47,105 nt of DNA, from NCBI GenBank assembly GCA_035486535.1, contig DATHMY010000119.1, positions 1 through 47,105 on the forward strand, written 5' to 3'. Positions 39,641-47,105 of this stretch are shown here, piece by piece. The first letter of the stretch is position 1; each line of letters opens with the position of its first letter. A program made the position numbers and the translations under genes. Source of the DNA: Candidatus Acidiferrum sp. (GTDB lineage: Bacteria; Vulcanimicrobiota; Vulcanimicrobiia; Vulcanimicrobiales; Vulcanimicrobiaceae). The notes under the pieces were generated by a model. That model made no database searches, was not told where the DNA came from, and worked only from the letters and a program-made list of their open reading frames with translations.

Positions 39641-40501
39641 TTAGAACGGGACGCCGTCGGCGGCGGGTGCGCGCACTCTTCCGGTGACGCCGGCGAGCGC
39701 AACCAGTGCCGCAATGTACGGGAGCGCCTGCATCGCGTTTGCCGGGAGCCACGCGATTTGGCCTTGTAAAACGTATTGTAAAGCTTCGAAGAACCCGAAC
39801 ACCACGCACGCCACGGTTGCACCGAGCGGGTGCCAGCGGCCGAAGATCACAGCGGCGAGCGCGATGAAGCCGCGACCGGCAGTCATTCCGTCGGAATACA
39901 AATTGAGTTCGCCGATCGAAAGGAACGCGCCGCCAAGACCGGCGAGCGCGCCGCTCACGATCACCGCGTAGGTGCGTAAGCGCAGCGGATCGAGCCCGGC
40001 GGAGACGACCGCGCTTGGATTTTCGCCCGACGCCCGGATCCGTAGTCCCCACGGCGTCCGATATAATAGCCACTGCAGCAGCGCGGCCAGCACAAACGCG
40101 AGCACGACGAGCACCCAATACTTGTCACCGAGGCTCGCAACTTGCACGCTCGCGCCCGGTTGGTTGAAGAGCAGCACGAGCCCGTAGGCAGCACCGCCGG
40201 CGCAGATCAAGTTGATGCCGGTGCCGGCGACAATCTGATCGACTTTGAAGCGCGTTGCTGCGAACGCAAGCAGATAGCCGAAGGCGGCCCCCGCGCACAA
40301 GCCGCCAACCAAGCCGAGCACCGGGTTGTGCGTTGCAAACGAAGCAACGACCGCGGTGAACGCACCCGCCGCCATCATGCCTTCGAGTCCGATGTTGATC
40401 ACGCCGGAACGTTCCGAGATCACGCCGCCGAGCGCGGCGTAGATGATTGGCGTCGCTTTAACCAGCGTCAACGCGACGAGCGTGACGATCAGTTCGTTCA
40501 T
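39641..40501 (-). CDS. ABC transporter permease (BMP/nucleoside-type, second permease)
   Basis: 286 aa from ATG 40501 (MNELIVTLVALTLVKATPIIYAALGGVISERSGVINIGLEG). ATGA overlap with the upstream permease gene. Confidence 0.88.
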   Translation of the reverse strand: MNELIVTLVALTLVKATPIIYAALGGVISERSGVINIGLEGMMAAGAFTAVVASFATHNPVLGLVGGLCAGAAFGYLLAFAATRFKVDQIVAGTGINLICAGGAAYGLVLLFNQPGASVQVASLGDKYWVLVVLAFVLAALLQWLLYRTPWGLRIRASGENPSAVVSAGLDPLRLRTYAVIVSGALAGLGGAFLSIGELNLYSDGMTAGRGFIALAAVIFGRWHPLGATVACVVFGFFEALQYVLQGQIAWLPANAMQALPYIAALVALAGVTGRVRAPAADGVPF

Positions 40502-41523
40502 GGGAGTGTTCCTTCGACGCGCGTTGCGACGTAACGCCGTGCCGCCAGCACGAAGATGATCAAGCCTTCGATGACGTGGATCGCATCCTTTGGAACCTGC
40601 GCACTTGCCTGCATCGCAAGGCCACCCGACTCGAGAATGCCGAATCCGAATGCCGCGAGACAAATCCACAGCGGCTGCAAATCGCCAACCAACGCCACCG
40701 CGATTGCGGTGAATCCGTAGCCGGGCGAAAGCTGCGTGTTGAAGCGATGCAATTCGCCCGAGACAATGGTCGCGCCGCCGACGCCGGCTATCGCGCCGGA
40801 GAGCGTAAGCGCGAGCCAGGTCAATCGTCCGAGGTTGATACCACTTCGGCGTGCTGCTTCGGGTGCTTCGCCGCTCGCGCGCAGATCGTAGCCGAAGACG
40901 GTGCGCGCGAACACCCACTGTAAGAGCAGCGCGAGCGCCACCGCGAAGAGCAACGCAATCGAAAGTCGCGTCCCGGGGAGAAGCGCGGGCAGCCAGTACT
41001 TCGGATCGAGCCACGCGGTCTCGGCGCCTGCAGCGAGCGGGCCTTTGAGCGGTCCGCTCACGAGTTCGAGCGCAAACGCGGAGGCCACGAAGTTCAGCAT
41101 CAGCGTTGCGATGATCTCGTTCGCGCCGAAACGCGCTTTCATCCAACCGGCAATTGCGCCCCACGCACCGCCGCCGATTGCACCGGCGACGAGCATGAAG
41201 AGGATGCCGAGCGGTCCCGGCACGGTGAGCACGGCGCCGAGCGCGCCGGCGCACAATGCGCCGATGAGCAGTTGCCCCTCGGCGCCGATGTTGAACAGCC
41301 CCGCGCGAAAGGCGAGACAGATACCAAGTGCCGGAAAGAGCAGGGCGGTGGTGGCAACGAGCGTTTCACCGAGTTGGTTGCGGCCGCCGAGCGCGCCGAC
41401 GAAGAGCGCGGTGAATCCGTCAACCGGGCTCGTGCCGGCGACGATCATGGCGAGCGACATCAACACGACGATCAAAAGGATCGCGCCCAGTGGGCCGGCG
41501 AGCGGACGAAGGTAGCGATTCAT
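40498..41523 (-). CDS. ABC transporter permease (BMP/nucleoside-type, first permease)
   Basis: 341 aa, polytopic. The FNIGAEGQLLIGAL motif is typical of this permease family. Confidence 0.88.
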   Translation of the reverse strand: MNRYLRPLAGPLGAILLIVVLMSLAMIVAGTSPVDGFTALFVGALGGRNQLGETLVATTALLFPALGICLAFRAGLFNIGAEGQLLIGALCAGALGAVLTVPGPLGILFMLVAGAIGGGAWGAIAGWMKARFGANEIIATLMLNFVASAFALELVSGPLKGPLAAGAETAWLDPKYWLPALLPGTRLSIALLFAVALALLLQWVFARTVFGYDLRASGEAPEAARRSGINLGRLTWLALTLSGAIAGVGGATIVSGELHRFNTQLSPGYGFTAIAVALVGDLQPLWICLAAFGFGILESGGLAMQASAQVPKDAIHVIEGLIIFVLAARRYVATRVEGTLP

Positions 41524-42929
41524 GCCGAACCGGCCATCAAACGCCCGATTTCCGCGCGGTCGAAGGCGTCGCGACCGAAGCTGCCCAGCACCGCGCCGCG
41601 GTACATCACGATCACGTGATCCGCAAGTGTTAAAATCTCATCGAGCTCGAACGAAATCAACAAGACTGCCGCGCCGCGATTGCGTGCCTCCATCAATCGC
41701 GATTGCACTAGCGCCGCAGCACCGACGTCGACACCGCGTGTGGGGTTGTAGGCAAGCACGAACTCCGGCGTGTCGATTAGCGCGCGCCCGACGACGAGCT
41801 TCTGCTGGTTGCCGCCCGAGAGGGTACGGACCGCGACGTCGAGGTTGGCGGCGCGAACGTCGAAGCGTTCGCGAATGCTCTCGGTTTCCGCGCGCGCGCG
41901 CACGCGGTCGAGTTGGAACCCTCGGCATGCCGCTTTGCGATGCTGGCGCCCGAGCAGCGTGTTCTCGACCAACGACCAATCCATCACGAGCGCTTCGCGC
42001 TGGCGATCCTGTGGAATGACGCCCATTGTCCCGCGACGTTCGATGATGCCGGTATAATCGATCAGCCCGGCGAGCGCATCGGCCAGCGTCGATTGGCCGT
42101 TGCCTTCGACGCCGGCAATGCCGACGATCTCGCCACCCCGCACGTCGAGAAAGAAATCGTTGAGCTGCGTTGCACCGCTGCCTGCGCACAGATCTTTGAC
42201 GTGCAGACACGGCGTCAAGTCCGCGTGTTCGCGCGCAGCGACCGCGGGCACTTCGCCGCCGACCATCGCGCGCGCAATCGCCGGGATGCTCGTCGCGCTG
42301 GTCAGCGTGCGCTCGACCACTTTGCCATGGCGCATGACCGTGACGCGCGTCGCGTACGCGATCACCTCTTGCAACTTGTGCGTTACGATCATGATCGCCG
42401 TACCCCGCGCGGCGAGCTGAACGACCGTAGCGAAGAAGCTCTCGATCTCGGCCGGTGCAAGTGCCGCGGTCGGCTCATCGAGCAAAAGCACCGCCGGATC
42501 GCGATCGAGTTCGCGCAGAAGTTCGACGCGCTGTTGTACGCCGATCGGCAGCGTTTCTACGAACGCGTTGGGATCGATCTCAAGACCATTGCGCTCGGCA
42601 ATCGCGACGACACGTGCACGCGCCGAGGCTTCGTCGATGCGCCACCCGCGATGCGGCTCGCGTCCGAGCAATACGTTTTGCCAGACGCGCAACCGCCCGA
42701 TCAACTCGAAATGCTGATGCACGAGCCCGACGGTGCCGTGCGCGGTAACGCTGCCTTCGTCGGGCTTGAGTTCGCCGAAGGCAATCGCCGATAGCGTCGA
42801 TTTGCCGGCGCCGTTCTCCCCGACGAGTGCGTGAATCTCACCTGGATAGAGATCGAGGTCGACCCCGTCGACCGCTACGACGCCGGGGAACGCCTTGCGA
42901 ATGTCGCGCAGCGTCAGCACCGCGTCCAT
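41520..42929 (-). CDS. ABC transporter ATP-binding protein, duplicated NBD (sugar/nucleoside type)
   Basis: 469 aa. First Walker A GENGAGKST, second-NBD P-loop GVEGNGQST, LSGGNQQK signature, and LLLDEP Walker B. Confidence 0.92.
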   Translation of the reverse strand: MDAVLTLRDIRKAFPGVVAVDGVDLDLYPGEIHALVGENGAGKSTLSAIAFGELKPDEGSVTAHGTVGLVHQHFELIGRLRVWQNVLLGREPHRGWRIDEASARARVVAIAERNGLEIDPNAFVETLPIGVQQRVELLRELDRDPAVLLLDEPTAALAPAEIESFFATVVQLAARGTAIMIVTHKLQEVIAYATRVTVMRHGKVVERTLTSATSIPAIARAMVGGEVPAVAAREHADLTPCLHVKDLCAGSGATQLNDFFLDVRGGEIVGIAGVEGNGQSTLADALAGLIDYTGIIERRGTMGVIPQDRQREALVMDWSLVENTLLGRQHRKAACRGFQLDRVRARAETESIRERFDVRAANLDVAVRTLSGGNQQKLVVGRALIDTPEFVLAYNPTRGVDVGAAALVQSRLMEARNRGAAVLLISFELDEILTLADHVIVMYRGAVLGSFGRDAFDRAEIGRLMAGSA

Positions 42930-43951
42930 CAGAGCGCCACCGGTTTGAAGGTCGCGAGCGCCTCGCGCGTATCGGGCGGCGTGATTTTTCCATCGACGAT
43001 TGCCGCTTCGATGCTATTAAGGCGGGCGAGATTCGCCGGTCCAATCGCCGCCTTCGTGTACGCGAAATCGGTTAGGCCGATCGCGCCGTCTTTCAAGCCG
43101 AATATGACGTGGCCGTGCATCGGATGACCGTCATGCAGCGCTTTGGCGACGTCAAACACAGCGACGTCGACTTTTTTTACCATCGAGGTAAGAACCTTAC
43201 CGGGAACGAGGCTATCCTGATTGGAGTCTACGCCGATCATGTAACAACCCGCGCGCGATTTTACCGCGTCGGCGGTGCCAAGGCCGGCTTTACCAGCCGC
43301 GGCGTAGATGATGTCGGCCCCGCCGTCGTAGAGCAAGTTCGAAAGTTCTTGTCCGGCGGCGACGTCGTCGAAGCTGCCGGCGTACTTCACGTCGACATGG
43401 ATCGATGGATCGACTTGGCGTGCGCCGGCGATATAGCCGGCTTCGAATTTGCGGATCAGCGGAATATCGAGGCCGCCGAGAAACGCGATGTGGTGCGTCT
43501 TGCTGACCATCGCCGCGAGTGCGCCGGCCAGAAACGATCCATCCTGTTCACGAAAGGTGATCGAGACCACGTTGGGGTCGTCGACGACGGCGTCGATGAT
43601 GGCATACGCCTGCTTCGCGTTTTGCTTCGCGACGGAGTCGAGATCGAGGCCCATGAGAAACCCGATCGCATAGACCATTTGATAGTGCAAGTTGGTCAGG
43701 GCGATCAAGTTCGGTTGATAGTCGGCGGCTGAGCGCGACTGCAACACCTGGATGTAGGCGCCGAGCTCGGATTTCGAACGCAGCATGCCGCGGTATGCGG
43801 AGTCATTGAACGAGCGATCCCCAAGTCCGCCGACGTCGGTCACCATGCCGAGCGTGGTTTGTCCCGGCGCGGGTCCACGGTGGTGGGCGCACCCGGCGAA
43901 CGCAATCGCGCAGACCGCTGCTAGGAGTGCGGCAACGCCGGAGTGCCTCAT
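42929..43951 (-). CDS. BMP-family (Med/PnrA-like) ABC substrate-binding lipoprotein
   Basis: 340 aa. Lipobox IAFAGC. GDRSFNDSAY and FLGGLDIPLIRKFEAGY are typical of basic membrane protein family binding proteins. Confidence 0.9.
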   Translation of the reverse strand: MRHSGVAALLAAVCAIAFAGCAHHRGPAPGQTTLGMVTDVGGLGDRSFNDSAYRGMLRSKSELGAYIQVLQSRSAADYQPNLIALTNLHYQMVYAIGFLMGLDLDSVAKQNAKQAYAIIDAVVDDPNVVSITFREQDGSFLAGALAAMVSKTHHIAFLGGLDIPLIRKFEAGYIAGARQVDPSIHVDVKYAGSFDDVAAGQELSNLLYDGGADIIYAAAGKAGLGTADAVKSRAGCYMIGVDSNQDSLVPGKVLTSMVKKVDVAVFDVAKALHDGHPMHGHVIFGLKDGAIGLTDFAYTKAAIGPANLARLNSIEAAIVDGKITPPDTREALATFKPVAL

Positions 43952-44006
43952 CGCGCCTCAAGTACGACTCGGGGAGGCCGATGCCTTCGTACCGAAGCGC
44001 AGGCAG

Positions 44007-44471
44007 ATGCAGCTTCGCGATTTACGGCATGAGGCTCCCCGTCGCTGGAACGAGCAGCTCGAGGGCGTTGCGTGGCTTCCGCGTTTGATCGACAAGGCTC
44101 GCGCGGCGCTCAATGGCACGCTCGGTACCTACCTGTATGGTCAGTCGCCGGTGGATCGCGACTTTTTGCACACGCTCGGCATAGGCCATCGCGAGTTTGC
44201 GCAGATTGTCGCAAATGCGCCCAATGATCGCGGCGTGGTCGATGCGCTGCTTGCACGGGATCCGGCAAGCATGGATCGCGCCCGAACCTGGACGCAGCAG
44301 TGTCCCCGCACGTATGGCGCGTTTATGCGAGTGCTCGACGTCGACGACGGTTACGCCCGAGGACTAGGTTTCATGAAGCCCTTCTCCAATGGGCTCTCCG
44401 GCGTTGTCACCTGGCTCGCGCGCCGCACGTTTCCGAAAAAACCAACTGAGGGAATTACGCCGAAATGGTAA
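44007..44471 (+). CDS. DUF5069 domain protein
   Basis: 154 aa from ATG 44007. The pattern LEGVAWLPRLIDKARAALNGTLGTYLYGQSPVDRDFLHTLGI matches my recollection of DUF5069. The upstream part of the 228-aa track ORF lies antisense to the BMP gene. Confidence 0.68.
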   Translation: MQLRDLRHEAPRRWNEQLEGVAWLPRLIDKARAALNGTLGTYLYGQSPVDRDFLHTLGIGHREFAQIVANAPNDRGVVDALLARDPASMDRARTWTQQCPRTYGAFMRVLDVDDGYARGLGFMKPFSNGLSGVVTWLARRTFPKKPTEGITPKW

Positions 44472-45352
44472 CCAGCACGAGCCATAGTCGCACCACGCGC
44501 GTCGATGTCATCGGCGTCCCGATGGATTTGGGTGCCAGCCGCCGCGGGGTCGACATGGGGCCGTCGGCAATACGCTATGCACAACTCTACGATCGCTTGC
44601 GTGAACTCGGCATTGCCGAAGTGCTAGATCACGGCAACCTGCCGGTCCCAATTCGTGAAGGCCTCGAAACGAACGATGCGTCGGCGAAATACATCGACGT
44701 GATCGAACGCGTGTGTGCAGACCTCGCGCAATTCGTCGAAGAAAGCGTGCGCAGCGGTGGCCTGCCAATCGTGCTCGGCGGCGATCACTCGATTGCGATG
44801 GGTACACTCGAGGGGCTGACCCGCGCGCGGAGTGCGCCACCGGGGTTGGTCTGGATCGATGCGCACTCCGACATCAACAGCCCACAGAGTTCGCCGAGCG
44901 GGAACGTTCACGGCATGCCGTTGTGGTTCGCGCTTCGGAACGGCTTCGCGATGCCGGAAACGACCGTGCAAATCGGTTTGCGCGACGTCGACGAAATCGA
45001 GAAGAAGCAGCTGCGCGAATCCGGCGTGCGCGCTTTTTCTATGACGGACGTCGACAAGTTGGGTATGACACGCGTCATGGAAGAGGCACTCGCGATCGTG
45101 GGCGGCCGTCCGGTTCACGTGTCGTTCGATATGGACGGCATCGACCCGAGCGAAGCGCCTGGCACCGGCACACCGGTCAAGGGTGGCTTGAGTTTTCGCG
45201 AAGCGCACCTCGCGATGGAAATGCTCTACGAATCCGGCCACCTGCAGTCGATTGAGATGGTGGAAATCAATCCGATTCTCGACACGCGCAATCAAACCGC
45301 GGCACTTGCCGTGGGACTGATTTGCTCGGCGCTAGGCAAATCGATCCTCTAA
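44465..45352 (+). CDS. rocF: arginase (ureohydrolase family)
   Basis: 295 aa. Metal-ligand motifs [21 protein letters not shown] and [18 protein letters not shown]. Confidence 0.88.
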   Translation: MVTSTSHSRTTRVDVIGVPMDLGASRRGVDMGPSAIRYAQLYDRLRELGIAEVLDHGNLPVPIREGLETNDASAKYIDVIERVCADLAQFVEESVRSGGLPIVLGGDHSIAMGTLEGLTRARSAPPGLVWIDAHSDINSPQSSPSGNVHGMPLWFALRNGFAMPETTVQIGLRDVDEIEKKQLRESGVRAFSMTDVDKLGMTRVMEEALAIVGGRPVHVSFDMDGIDPSEAPGTGTPVKGGLSFREAHLAMEMLYESGHLQSIEMVEINPILDTRNQTAALAVGLICSALGKSIL

Positions 45353-45369
45353 CGGCAAGGCACTTGCAC

Positions 45370-45897
45370 GTGCTCTCGCTGACCGGAGAGTCGAGCCGGC
45401 GTAGCGGGATGCGCGTTGTCGCCGAGTCGGTCGCGTCACATGGAACCACAATTTTCTGCGTACACGGAATCGAGGAAGGCGATGCGCTCGCGCTTGCGAC
45501 GCGGTTTGATTGCGGTTATGCCTACCGCGGGCGTCAGGCGCTGTTTTGGAATGCACGTTACGCTGCACGGGAAGTCCTCGATCGTTACCTGCCGAATTCG
45601 CCGCTGCGCCCATTCGATCGGCGCGGACTCTTACAGGTCGAAGGCAGCCTCGACGGCGCGAGTTTGGCGTTGATTGCAACGCAGTTCACGTCCGAGCGCA
45701 CAGTCCGCGTGCGCGAAGTTCGCTTCGCGCGCACCGTGCTGCGTGCGACGGGCCGCACAGCGCTGCTCTTTGTAACCGGTTCCGGCTCCAGCGCGATGAG
45801 CTTCGCGGATTTGGGATTCACGACGATCGCAAGCACTGCCGGCGCGTTCGTCGCAGCGCGCGACGTGCGAGCGGAAGCCGCGATTGTTACAATGTGA
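45370..45897 (+). CDS. hypothetical protein, possibly a degenerate endonuclease/exonuclease/phosphatase (EEP)-like fold
   Basis: A track ORF with GC3-rich coding. The layout GLLQVEG..LALIATQF....ALLFVTGSGS loosely resembles EEP strands but lacks the catalytic His and GDFN. The start is ambiguous (TTG 45364, GTG 45370 or ATG 45409). Confidence 0.35.
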   Translation: MLSLTGESSRRSGMRVVAESVASHGTTIFCVHGIEEGDALALATRFDCGYAYRGRQALFWNARYAAREVLDRYLPNSPLRPFDRRGLLQVEGSLDGASLALIATQFTSERTVRVREVRFARTVLRATGRTALLFVTGSGSSAMSFADLGFTTIASTAGAFVAARDVRAEAAIVTM

Positions 45898-46573
45898 TCG
45901 TCGCCTGGCCTTCGCAGGTCATTCCACCGCCGCAGACTGCGGGATCCCACGACGCTGCCGCGAGCAACGCCTGAATCTGTTGCTCGGCACTCGGATCGAG
46001 CGGTGGCGCGAATGCGACGTGCTTCGTATGTCCGCTGCCATCGACCGTGATCGTTAGCGTGACGTGTACGCCGAGTGCCAGGAGCGCTTTGCGCACCGCA
46101 GGATCGAGGACCGGCGTGTCATTTACGCCGAGCGGTTCGTAGCCTCCGACGGGCTGGCGGCTGGTTTCGTCCGGCGCATTCTCCGGCGCTGCGCTTGCCG
46201 GAACTGCGGCGGTCGACGGCTCGGCGGTGACGCCTCCGCTGCGAACGGCGGACGCGACGACCGGCGCACCGGCTTGCTGTTGTGACGGTCGCGTAATGCG
46301 TTCATTGACGGGGCGCCGAATGGGCACGGGGGCGCTTGCGGCGGAAGCTACGGCGAGGAGCGCGCGTGCGGGTGCCGCGGCGCGCTGCTCAGGCCGCGGC
46401 ACGGGCGTTGCAATGCGTACCGTCTGGATGCGAACGAACGAGAGGAGCTCGACATTCTGTGCGCTCTCGAGGTTGGCGAGCGGCGGGATGAGGGCGAGCA
46501 GCACGAGATGCAGTGCGAGCGATGCCAGCAGCGCCCGATACAGCAAGCGGTTAGATGAAACGGCGTGGCCCAT
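45887..46573 (-). CDS. TonB-like protein (N-terminal TM anchor, Pro/Ala-rich linker, TonB_C-like C-terminus)
   Basis: 228 aa from ATG 46573 (MGHAVSSNRLLYRALLASLALHLVLLALIPP). It has a low-complexity linker, and the C-terminal VHVTLTITVDGSGHTKHVAFAPPLDPSAEQQ pattern is TonB-like. Confidence 0.5.
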   Translation of the reverse strand: MGHAVSSNRLLYRALLASLALHLVLLALIPPLANLESAQNVELLSFVRIQTVRIATPVPRPEQRAAAPARALLAVASAASAPVPIRRPVNERITRPSQQQAGAPVVASAVRSGGVTAEPSTAAVPASAAPENAPDETSRQPVGGYEPLGVNDTPVLDPAVRKALLALGVHVTLTITVDGSGHTKHVAFAPPLDPSAEQQIQALLAAASWDPAVCGGGMTCEGQATITL

Positions 46574-46670
46574 GCGTACCTTTAAGGAAGTCTCTTCGCT
46601 GATCGAACGGTCCGGACCGCCCGCGCGTGACGGGAGGGGGCCCGTGGCGCACCGGGCAAGCTTGGACGGC

Positions 46671-46931
46671 ATGATCGATACGAATATCGTCCTCTATCAG
46701 GCAGAATGGTGTCCGTACTGCGCCCGGGTTCGTTCGAAGCTTACCGACATGCTGTTGGACTACAAGAACGTCAACGTGCCGCATGCGCACGCCGAACGCG
46801 CCAATGTAAAGGAGCTTTTCGGCGTCACCGGCATCCCGTCGATGACCGATGGCGACATCAAGATCGCCGACGACGACGACGCGATCATCGCGTATCTCGA
46901 AAAGACGTATGGCGCAAAGCAATCCAGCTGA
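46671..46931 (+). CDS. glutaredoxin-like protein (CPYC)
   Basis: 86 aa from ATG 46671, IVLYQAEWCPYCARVRSKL...GIPSM. This is a thioredoxin fold with a CPYC active site. Confidence 0.8.
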   Translation: MIDTNIVLYQAEWCPYCARVRSKLTDMLLDYKNVNVPHAHAERANVKELFGVTGIPSMTDGDIKIADDDDAIIAYLEKTYGAKQSS

Positions 46932-47105
46932 GGGCCGCTACCCAATTGCGGTTGCGGCACTGGGACTTCTGCTGGCTGGGGCCTTTATGCCCTCGCCGCT
47001 CTACGAATATTATCGTGAGCAGTGGGGTCTCACGCCCGGAGACATCAGTATCGTCTTCGCGATCTATGCCGGGTCGCTAATTCCCTCGCTGATCTTCTTC
47101 GGCGG
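46909..47105 (+). CDS. MFS-type transporter, N-terminal fragment (runs off window)
   Basis: ATG 46909 gives MAQSNPAEGRYPIAVAALGLLLAGAFMPSPLYEYYREQWGLTPGDISIVFAIYAGSLIPSLIFFGG. The frame is open to the window end and the TM1-loop-TM2 pattern is MFS-like. It overlaps the grx gene end by 23 nt. Confidence 0.55.
   Translation, partial: MAQSNPAEGRYPIAVAALGLLLAGAFMPSPLYEYYREQWGLTPGDISIVFAIYAGSLIPSLIFFG

Noticed and set aside
44007-45352. DUF5069-arginase overlap (7 nt) as a novel functional module
   Set aside because: Short overlaps are the norm in this compact window. Adjacency alone gives no sequence-level evidence of functional linkage.
1-47105. Search for CRISPR arrays, tRNA/rRNA genes, IS elements, integrases and prophage genes
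   Set aside because: I saw no regularly spaced direct repeats. No non-coding gap exceeds about 175 nt, and none shows a tRNA cloverleaf. No transposase, integrase or phage-like ORF is present. The only repeat-type element is the nested palindrome at 38427-38598.

Overview
This is a visibly GC-rich, densely packed bacterial chromosomal segment with about 44 protein-coding genes on both strands, many joined by 1-8 nt overlaps. I found no rRNA or tRNA genes, CRISPR array, transposase, integrase or prophage genes; every intergenic gap is under about 175 nt. All family assignments come from reading motifs in the supplied translations, and no database search was run.

Content in order:
- 1-2163: MFS(DHA2)-TetR efflux operon and a DUF1761 gene.
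- 2251-4797: two secreted lipoproteins (Ig-like plus beta-propeller).
- 4971-7271: pnp.
- 7386-18368: an ~11 kb block (ggt, two tandem GGDEF-EAL genes, an HNH endonuclease, a split transketolase, a PAS/GAF-PP2C-kinase fusion) that separates pnp from rpsO.
- 18778-22598: thioesterase, atypical SDR, Rieske protein, XRE-like protein, Cys-less DJ-1/PfpI, and a degenerate ABC-ATPase/membrane pair.
- 22655-27869: PolX, an alpha/beta hydrolase, and a large GAF/PAS histidine kinase with a pseudo-receiver.
- 27866-35118: a formate dehydrogenase locus (OFA-type transporter, fdnG, fdnH, NrfD-type anchor, fdhD).
- 35200-47105: YncE-propeller/phosphoesterase fusion, ilvE, a class-A-like serine hydrolase, a BMP-family nucleoside-type ABC importer, DUF5069, arginase, a TonB-like protein, a glutaredoxin and a truncated MFS gene.

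The strongest specific observations:
1. The two fdnG ORFs are one selenoprotein gene, joined by an in-frame UGA followed by an E. coli fdhF-like SECIS hairpin.
2. This FDH has no twin-arginine signal and uses an NrfD-type anchor.
3. A ~170-nt nested inverted-repeat element with an AT-rich core fills the ilvE/serine-hydrolase convergent spacer and reaches into both stop codons.
4. Several neighbouring genes encode catalytically degenerate paralogues.

I did not find a clear-cut novel multi-gene system such as a defence island or biosynthetic cluster. The many long Arg/Ala-rich antisense ORFs in the track are GC-content artefacts.
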